From positions 119,288,001 to 119,352,000 of the forward strand of contig OZ024743.1 in NCBI GenBank assembly GCA_964016885.1: 64,000 nucleotides of DNA, given 5' to 3'. The notes beneath the pieces were generated by a model that saw only the letters and a list, made by a program, of their open reading frames with translations, was not told the DNA's origin and ran no database searches. This document shows, piece after piece, positions 55,942 through 64,000 of this stretch; positions within the stretch are counted from its first letter, which is position 1; each line of letters opens with the position of its first letter. A program made the translations under genes and the position numbers. The stretch is from Eledone cirrhosa (lineage: Eukaryota).

Positions 55942-58104
55942 ATGTTGGAGAACCAACCGTTACCCATGTCTCTCAAGTGTATCCCCTTACCCAGCAGAAA
56001 AACCTACCTTAAACTGCTTATAGACGCTACTAATTCGTTTATACGGAGAGTCAGATGGAAGGCATACCACCTGGATAAGAACACCCGTAACCTTCCTGAA
56101 CCCAAAGAGAAGTATGGTTTCAAAACATACCGAAACCCACCGCACAACACCTTACTGGACTTATTTGAAGAGGACCTGCTGAAAATGATCAAAAACGTTA
56201 AGCTCAGAAAGAAACACCAATGCAGCAATCCATTCTTAACGCCCCTTGATACACTAATAACTAAGATCAAGAATGACCCGCACCTCTTCGTCACCTCCGA
56301 CAAAACCAAAAAGCTGTACAAGATGGACGCGAATGAGTATAAAAAATTCATCTATAAGGAACTACACAAAGACTACAAAAAGACACCCTCTAGTACCCTA
56401 AATGACATAAATAGAGTAGGGAAGGATATAGTCACCAGCTTAGAAATAGAAAAGTACACTAACCCGTACGTCCCTCTGACGCCTAAATTCTCTCTTAAGG
56501 ATCACAAATATGACTTTAATGAAAGCCCCTCTATTAGACTAATATGCCCCTCTACATCCGATATAGGTAAGATTAGTAAAGTGATCCTCGACAGAGTACT
56601 ACTCGAGCTTAATAGAAAGGCTAAGGTCTGCCTCTGGGGCAACACCGACCAGGTCATAAATTGGTTCACCGAGTTGCCGGATAAAGCCACCCTGAAATTC
56701 ATCCAGTTTGATATAGATAGCTACTACGCCTCTATCTCCCCCATACTCTTAAATAAGGCACTTATCTTAGCTAGATCTAACACTAGCCTCACTAAAAAAG
56801 AAATAGACATAATTCTAGCGGCACGTAGAACCATTATCCAGTTCGAAGGCTCCCACTGGACCAGAACCAACCGTCCTGATAACTTCGATGTCACGATGGG
56901 GTCCAGTGACTCAGCGCAAGCAACTGACCTGGTTGGGATATACCTCCTACATAAGCTTAGGGAGGAAATACCGGCCCTACAAGGAGGTGTATATAGGGAC
57001 GACGCCCTATTTACCGTTAGGAACCATAGCCTCCGTAGGATAGAGAACCTTAACAAACATATACACAGGTTCTTTAAGTCATACGGCCTATCCGTAACTA
57101 TGGACCTCAACCACAGGGTTGTCAACTTCCTGGACGTGACCCTGGAGTTGAGTACGGGCTTATACAAGCCATACCATAAGCCTGGAGAGTGCCTCTCTTA
57201 TATTAATTATGCCTCCAACCACCCTAATCAGACTCTCAACTCCATAGTCTATAGTATCTCACATAGAATCTCGAGGCTATCCGCCAATGAGGATATCTTC
57301 AACCAAGCGGCTGATTACTACAATAGGGCCCTGATAAGCGCCGGCTTTAACCGAGGAATTTCCTACATCCCTAACGCTAGCTCTAGAAACCACCCCCCTC
57401 ATAAAACTAACGTTATAGTAAGCCATACCTATAACCGATCACGCGGCGACCTCGTTAAAGTCGGATATAATAGAATAGATAACCGCACCAAAGATCACGT
57501 CCCCGGCGACGGTGAATACTGTAGATTACTCAAACTATTCCCCTATTACAAAACCAACAAAGGCGACGGCCTACTACCAACGCCTTCCAACCAACATCTT
57601 CGTGTACATAAACATGGAAGAGGTAGAAAGAGTGCACCCGAGCATAAAGTGAAAGGGGCACCGAACGGGCGACAGCGCATTAACACACATACGAGCGGTC
57701 ACTTAGATGGAACCACCCGTAGCAAAAGTACAAGGACACGTAATCGCCACCGTAACGTCCTATGGTTCCACCCCCCCTACTCTCGAAATGTGGCCTCCAA
57801 CATACCCCGGATATTCTTCGAAGCCTTAGAGAAGAACTTCCCACCCAACCATAGGTATAGAAAAATTCTTAATAGGAACAATATAGAAATATCCTTCTCT
57901 ACTACTCCTAACCTAGCAGACATCATAGGAACAACAAACCACAGTAAGATCACCAAGACACAGCACCTCGACACAGATGCACCTACACCTGACAATAACT
58001 ATATCGGCCTTAACAACTCCCTGACAGCATCCAATAGTGTTGGCAACGGCATCCGCAGACGCAACCAGAATGACCGCGAAGTGACTGGGGAACATGCAGA
58101 ATAA
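55942..58104 (+). CDS. PLE reverse transcriptase (Naiad-type), 720 aa, N-terminal part of an RT-EN polyprotein
   Basis: Motifs SLKCIPLPS..Y..LI...NSFIRRVRWKA, KYGFK, FDIDSYYASI, FDVTMGS, YRDD, NFLDVTL, YKPYHKP, SNHP and WFHPPYS. Confidence 0.93.
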   Translation: MLENQPLPMSLKCIPLPSRKTYLKLLIDATNSFIRRVRWKAYHLDKNTRNLPEPKEKYGFKTYRNPPHNTLLDLFEEDLLKMIKNVKLRKKHQCSNPFLTPLDTLITKIKNDPHLFVTSDKTKKLYKMDANEYKKFIYKELHKDYKKTPSSTLNDINRVGKDIVTSLEIEKYTNPYVPLTPKFSLKDHKYDFNESPSIRLICPSTSDIGKISKVILDRVLLELNRKAKVCLWGNTDQVINWFTELPDKATLKFIQFDIDSYYASISPILLNKALILARSNTSLTKKEIDIILAARRTIIQFEGSHWTRTNRPDNFDVTMGSSDSAQATDLVGIYLLHKLREEIPALQGGVYRDDALFTVRNHSLRRIENLNKHIHRFFKSYGLSVTMDLNHRVVNFLDVTLELSTGLYKPYHKPGECLSYINYASNHPNQTLNSIVYSISHRISRLSANEDIFNQAADYYNRALISAGFNRGISYIPNASSRNHPPHKTNVIVSHTYNRSRGDLVKVGYNRIDNRTKDHVPGDGEYCRLLKLFPYYKTNKGDGLLPTPSNQHLRVHKHGRGRKSAPEHKVKGAPNGRQRINTHTSGHLDGTTRSKSTRTRNRHRNVLWFHPPYSRNVASNIPRIFFEALEKNFPPNHRYRKILNRNNIEISFSTTPNLADIIGTTNHSKITKTQHLDTDAPTPDNNYIGLNNSLTASNSVGNGIRRRNQNDREVTGEHAE

Positions 58105-58660
58105 CAATCGCACCATCCCGCGTGCTGTGGGTTGTAATTGTGCTAACGACAGCTGCGGTAGCGTAGGTAACAACGTAGGCAGCAACAATGATAGCCTTAC
58201 CGTGGGAAATAGACGGAACCGCGACAGAAATTGCAACTGCCGCGACAGAGGACGCTGCCCCCTTAGAGGATACTGCTTGACTGATAGGGTTATATATAGA
58301 TGCACTATTACTAGCCACAATAGCGTTAAACATTATATAGGGGCCACCTCCGGCCCGTTCAAAATTAGGTTTCAAACACATCTCCACTCTTTCACAAATA
58401 GAAAACTAAGGCACTCCACTTCGCTCGCGGACTACATCACATCACTAAAGGACTTAAACATCAGCTTCTCCACGCACTGGGAGATTGTCGGCAGGGCTGC
58501 ATCGTACAACTTCAAGAGGAAATGCGATCTTTGCCTCATGGAGCTCTACCATATCATAACTGCACCCCACGAGCTCATCAACCGGAAGAGCTGAAACAGC
58601 GATAAGTTGTACACATCGCTTAAAAATATCCTTCTTTAGATGGGTTAAGAATGAAGAGTG
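58094..58660 (+). pseudogene. PLE GIY-YIG endonuclease domain, frameshifted relative to RT and again near its C-terminus
   Basis: CNCRDRGRCPLRGYC zinc-finger linker, VIYRC...HYIGAT...FKIRFQTH, C-terminal CDLCLME and LINR. The frame is restored by deleting one G in GGGG (58087-58090) and one A near 58587 (giving NRRAETAISCTHR...EE*). Confidence 0.88.
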
Positions 58661-58780
58661 AAATAGTACACTGGATCTCCCTGCAACAAGCCTTAACACC
58701 CCGGCGGGCAGGCGCAGCAAAATAACACCCAGAAAACAATCCTTGCACACCAGACCCAGCCTCAGACAAACCGATGCGGC

Positions 58781-59217
58781 GGGAAAAAAAAAAAAAAAAA
58801 ATTATCCGGGAAAGACTGCCCTAACACCGGCCAGAGTTACCTCCCTTGACCTGCTGCAAAATCAAAACAAGATATTTTTGCGAGCAATGAATCTTGATGT
58901 AGATTTAACCCCCAAAACTCTTTCCGAACTATATAAGGAGCACTTGTGATTATTTATGCCCTTGAGAAGCCCAACTGGGCGAAACGTACGTAGGTGATAT
59001 TTTAAATAAACATATTTTAACAGTCTATTCTCCGATTATTTACTTTCCCACGTGCTTACGCTCTGCTAACTCTCTAGCCCACTAAATATTAACACTTCAA
59101 ATATTTAATACTGCCGGCACTAGTATCGAGCACCTTTGGCATACGCTACTTGGCAAATAACTATATGTATCACCTATCCCTCCTTTTTCTCTCTTTCTCG
59201 ATACGTAAATACTATAT
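58781..59217 (+). repeat. 3' pseudo-LTR of the Naiad PLE
   Basis: Near-identical to 55466-55899. Ends at gtaaatactatat running into (TA)n. Confidence 0.95.
58955..58999 (+). ncRNA. Minimal type I hammerhead ribozyme, U3-A8 core variant (3' pLTR)
   Basis: Identical to 55637-55681. Confidence 0.8.
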
Positions 59218-59248
59218 ATATATACATATATATTAATATATATATATT

Positions 59249-59280
<32 letters not shown>

Positions 59281-59308
59281 CATATATACATATATATATA
59301 TGTATATA

Positions 59309-59369
59309 TATTTATTAAAATTATCGAGCCCTCTTTGGATTTTAGTCTTCAAATGTATTATTATTACTA
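59309..59369. mobile_element. Family B ultra-short insert (13-bp inverted arm + 48-bp tail)
   Basis: tatttattaaaat|tatcgagccctctttgg...attacta. Confidence 0.65.
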
Positions 59370-59370
59370 A

Positions 59371-59810
59371 TTAATCTGAGTTTTTCGAATATTAATAATA
59401 ACATTCGATTCGTTTGCAATTATGCAAACAAGCCTCAATTTTAAAGCCATGTCAGTAAAATGAAGACTTCATTCTTTCTCTTGTGTTGGCATGCGAACAG
59501 AACTGCAGACACTAATGTTTCTGGGTATCACCCTTCATCAGTTCAGCTCACTGCTCACCTGCCAAACTGTCAGAGCTAGTGAAAATATATGCTATTTTCA
59601 AAAATATACAGTGACTGATCGGCCTGATTTGCATATTAGCAGACTGGCTGATTAGTCAGATCTGCATATTAGCAGATCCACTGATCAGCCACTATTCGTA
59701 TGCCAATACAAGAGCAAGAATGAAGTGTTCATTCTACTGACATGGCCATAACATGGCAACATTGCAAACGAATCGAATGTTATTGTTAATATTCGAAAAA
59801 CTCAGATTAC
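59371..59810 (-). mobile_element. Family J insert with ~125-bp inverted termini and hammerhead at 59503-59546
   Basis: Minus strand: ctgaa CTGATGA aGGG-tgata-CCCa GAAA CAttagTG TC tgcag. Confidence 0.8.
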
Positions 59811-59811
59811 A

Positions 59812-59880
<69 letters not shown>

Positions 59881-59881
59881 A

Positions 59882-60063
59882 AGGAACGAGTAGGACCCCG
59901 ACGGCTGAGCTCAAGCCATTTCGACGGCTAATTCTGCACTAGAATTAGCCGTCGAAACGGCTTGAGCTCAGCCGTCGGGGTCCTACTCGTTCCTATTACC
60001 CACTCTACTACCCGAAGTATTGAGTACTTTGGTCCACCTGGTTCCTTACCACACTTCCTTCGT

Positions 60064-60065
<2 letters not shown>
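59882..60065. mobile_element. Family F fold-back insert
   Basis: Same outer ends as the other copies, junction ~59936-59940. Confidence 0.82.
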
Positions 60066-60094
<29 letters not shown>

Positions 60095-61147
60095 TGCTGA
60101 TATGTACTATTACATAAACCGAAACTCAACCAAGGGAACTCAATAGCTAAAATAAGTGCAAATTTGGAAAATAAGAAAACAAATAAAGTAAAATAAAAAT
60201 GTAACATAGCATATGTTTTAAAATGAAAAAAAAAGGAAAATGAAATAAATGAATACATAAAACACAGTACTAAAAATGTGTTTAGGTAGGCCAGATTTCT
60301 AACGTATAGGGATATAGGATATTCTTGTGAACGATATATCTTGTGCAACAGTGGAGTAATAAATAGCCTTTCTGTTAAATCTGTAACATAATACAGTGGT
60401 AGCGTTTACGTGGAAATATACTGACACCACAGGTTATTTTAACCGAACTTGAACCAGTATTGTTGATAACTGCTTCGGGATATAGAGATTCATTGAATAC
60501 TCTAGCCCCAGTAAATAATACAGGATGAACCTTTTCGAGATTTAGTATGTTTTTTATTTGTTTTTTACTACACAGAAAGATCATGATCAGTAATATCATC
60601 GATGTTCATCCTTCTCCTCGTCAGATGATAGTCTTTCTTTACTTCTACCACTCAGCCTTATATGTTCAAATTTTATAAATTATAACCAAGTGGTCAATGT
60701 GCAGTATTTCTCACATGTTAAGACACTAATTCACACACAGGAAGCATTCCAGGAGCAGAATTTCAAATCGAATGGAAAGAATCCAAACAGGGAAATAATA
60801 GATTTTATTGCATATATATCAAATGAAATACTAATACATCTAGCTATATGGTAGATGACGAAGTAACAGTTCAAAAAAATTTAAATTATACTGCTTCTGC
60901 GTTAATCCCGTTTGTAACAATACATTTTTGGGGGTTTGTGAAGCTTGCTCATGTTAATTTGAAGCTAGGCAGTGAAATATTTCATGTTAATTCAAAATGG
61001 AGTGAAATAGAAGCCTGTTTTTGCAAGGGGGCGGCAATGACCTGTGTCTCAGAGAACCACTGCGACAAAGTGATAGTGGCTTTAGCAAAAATGATTGTAG
61101 TATTTCATTCTCTTCCCACATTCTTTTAGTTGAAAGCTATTTACAAA

Positions 61148-61253
61148 TAATTGTTTCTCCTTTAGGCACAAGGCCAGCAATTACCCAGTGCATTACTGGT
61201 ACATTATTTTATCGACCCCGTAAGGATGAAAGGCAAAGTCAACCTCGGCGGGA
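61148..61253 (-). mobile_element. Major SINE copy, truncated
   Basis: Core and tail. Confidence 0.8.
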
Positions 61254-61463
61254 TATGTTTAAAAATATTATTTGTGGGTACTCCTGAGCACAAGGCTTTT
61301 GGAAAGTCAGTAAAAAACTGCACACCACCGCCGTGTTTCTGCCTACCCATCCCCATATAATATATGACACACACAAACATACAAACATACACACACATAT
61401 ATACATATATATGTATATATGTGTGAATATGAAAACAAACGTGCTGCGTGGTTGCAAATGGGT

Positions 61464-61795
61464 TACATATGAATAAAGTTAGTCCTTCATCAGTGATCTT
61501 CCAACCTTCATTGGTATTTCATCGCTTTAAAGACCATATACCTCCGGTTGGTGCGAGCAACGGCTAAAGAAAGTCGTTGGGACACGTAAATAAGGGGAAC
61601 GAGCGAGACTTCCTCACTTTTCGTTGCTTTACCATCTTTGTTTGTTTACAGTCTCGCTCGTTCCCCTTATTTACGTGTCCCAACGACTTTCTTTAGCCGT
61701 TGCTCGCACCAACCGGAGGTATATGGTTTTTAAAGCGATGAAATACCAATGAAGGTTGGAAGATCACTGATGAAGGACTAACTTTATTCATATGT
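61464..61795. repeat. Near-perfect inverted repeat (~147-bp arms, 39-nt spacer) ending in (TA)n
   Basis: 61464-61610 is the reverse complement of 61650-61795, with 1 mismatch seen. Confidence 0.88.
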
Positions 61796-61984
61796 ATATA
61801 TGTATATATATATCTATATGTATGTGTGTGTGTGTATCTGTGTGTGTGTATGCGTACGTGTGCTGAGACAGATAGAGAGAGAGGGAAAGACAGACTTCTA
61901 TGTTTAGGCGTTAGCGTATTTTCTTAATTTAGTTGTATGTCTACACACTCGCACATACACACATTCACACATACATACATACAT

Positions 61985-62033
<49 letters not shown>

Positions 62034-64000
62034 TACGCACACTTGTTAATGAGAGTCTGTGGGCAGGTATCGTTCATGCTCTGATAGCACTGTTACTACA
62101 TTTAGAATGAACTTTTAGAGTTATTACGCTTTTAAGATGATATCAGATATAGTAAATCGACATGAAGATTAACTAGATGGAATTTCTAATCTGAACTTCC
62201 CCCTCCTTTTGCACCTCAATTTACTAACAGCATAATTTGCTTTGGGATGAGATGAGAGGAAGCGGAGTGGGAAGTGAAAAGCTTGTGTTCCCTTTCTGTA
62301 TTGAGATCGGTGCTTTGATGAGCAATTTATTGGAAAACTCATCTGCGAATTAGACAAGTGCTTTCCCACCTATGATAATAAAGCTTATTCCCTTATGACT
62401 ACCGAATGCTGGGATTGGGGCAGGCAGGACGTTGATTTGCGCTATCATCTAGCGATGAAACTAGATGTGTACCGCAATTAGACAATAAAACATTACTGAG
62501 ATAACAAAATATCTGAGGGAATTAAAATATTAAAAAACAATAATAATATATAAAATAACAGATATGTGTTCAAAATCACTTTCAGATTTGAACTGTACAC
62601 CAAGATATCTGTAATCTCCACTCTCTATACGGTGGATAGAAACAAATCAATAGCTTCATTTTCTTTTACAACCAATACTATATATCGAAAGTGAATTTTT
62701 CGATATTTTGTTGAAAGCAATTCGTTTCATGTTCATAGTTTATTGAATGGTTGATTAGCAGAATCTTTAAAATGACAAATATATTATGCCCTGGCGATTG
62801 TTCCAGTTCTTAGCCGTCTGAGATCAAATCCTGCCGAGACCTGCTTTACCTTTCGCCAATTCGGGGTTGATAAATAGAGTGCTAATACTAGGTTCGTTAT
62901 AATCACTTATATATAAGAAATGATTATTAAAAATGGTATATTTGCAAAATCTCTAGAATGTTGAACAAAATGCTTTGCGGTATTCAGCTACCACCTTTCT
63001 TCTCTCAGATTAAATTCGGCTCAGGTCATATTTTCCTTTCATCTTGCTTGGATAAAAAAATATAGTGCCTGTCAAGTCCTGGGCTCAATTCCTCTCCCAT
63101 TCCTCATCTTTCTCTCTCTGCTTTTTATTTATTTATTTTCACTCTCTCTCACACACCCGCTCCCCCAAAAAGAGGAAAGGACATTCTACATAGTCTCTTT
63201 CCTCCTTGAAAATTGAGGAAGTTTGAGCTACAAACTAGTAGCCTTTTCTCTTCTAGCATGCTATAAAGTCTGTCCAAAGACAATAAATATTGTGGACATG
63301 CTCGAGAAGACGTACATGAAAAATAAACAAAAAAAAAGAACTTATACGATTAGAAAGCATATGAACATTATAATTTCTACTGCAATATGATATAGGACAA
63401 AAGTGCCTATTGAAAATATACATATATGTCTTCCGAGATGAAAACTTGGAGTGATAAGTAAACTTCATTTGAGGTAAATCTGTAAGCATAATTCGATATT
63501 GATTAAATCAGTTTTGGCCTCACAATTATATGATATTGGATAATTAACTTTATTTAAGTTACCATTTGGGAAGATGGGTTATGTGTATATATGTATGGAA
63601 AGGGGTTTAAGCCAGACACACTGAAGACCAACGAAATATTCACCTGTTATACAATGATACTGTGACTCGTCTCATGACAGAAAGATATCCTCCAGGAATA
63701 CGCTCGATATCACTTAAATCATACCCTATATTTGAAAGAAAAGAGTAGGGCACATTGAATAATAGGTTCAAGATGTAGAGAATGTTGACTACATTTGATC
63801 ACGGATCTGTTCGATTAAACTCTGTTGTGTACAGCAATGAACTCCCTTTTTTCATGGCGTAGTAGGACAACATGTTCTTATAAGTATGTTTGCCAGAGAG
63901 TCATACATCAGTGTTAGAAATGAAGACGACTGATCGAACTAAAATATAGCGATTTAAAACATAGACGAAAGGTCACACATTTGGCACGATCGAGGAAGAA

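Larger units (their letters stand above)
55466..59217 (+). mobile_element. Near full-length Penelope-like retroelement (Naiad-type) with direct pseudo-LTRs, inserted in (TA)n
   Basis: Direct repeats 55466-55899 and 58781-59217 (2 substitutions seen plus an A-tract length difference) flank an RT ORF followed by a GIY-YIG ORF. Both flanks are (TA)n. Confidence 0.95.

Noticed and set aside
58592-58594. TGA ending the EN ORF as a possible selenocysteine codon (some Naiads encode selenoproteins)
   Set aside because: It is not at a conserved Cys position, the zinc-finger Cys codons are TGY, and the conserved motif resumes in another frame, so a frameshift explains it.
60375-61129. Short ORFs as host exons or a transposase remnant
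   Set aside because: No diagnostic motifs.

Overview
AT-rich, microsatellite-saturated eukaryotic DNA with no recognisable host protein-coding gene. The SINE content suggests an octopod cephalopod (inference). The window is an archive of retroelements: about 20 copies of a tRNA-derived SINE, RTE/RTE-X and R4/Dong-like LINE remnants, hAT MITEs, Helitron ends and many Penelope-like elements (PLEs). One PLE is nearly intact: a Naiad-type element at 55466-59217 (RT + GIY-YIG, two ~99% identical pseudo-LTRs, two 1-bp frameshifts). The main signal is that the (TA)n tracts are filled with short head-to-head fold-back inserts from about 12 unrelated families. Most carry a minimal type I hammerhead ribozyme (about 20 motifs found by eye, several with non-canonical cores). 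Within a family the inserts keep two fixed outer ends at TA-microhomologies while the inner junction varies, which suggests a twin-primed, (TA)n-targeted PLE integration mode. Family letters A-K are my own labels. All structures were folded by eye and coordinates are approximate to a few bases.
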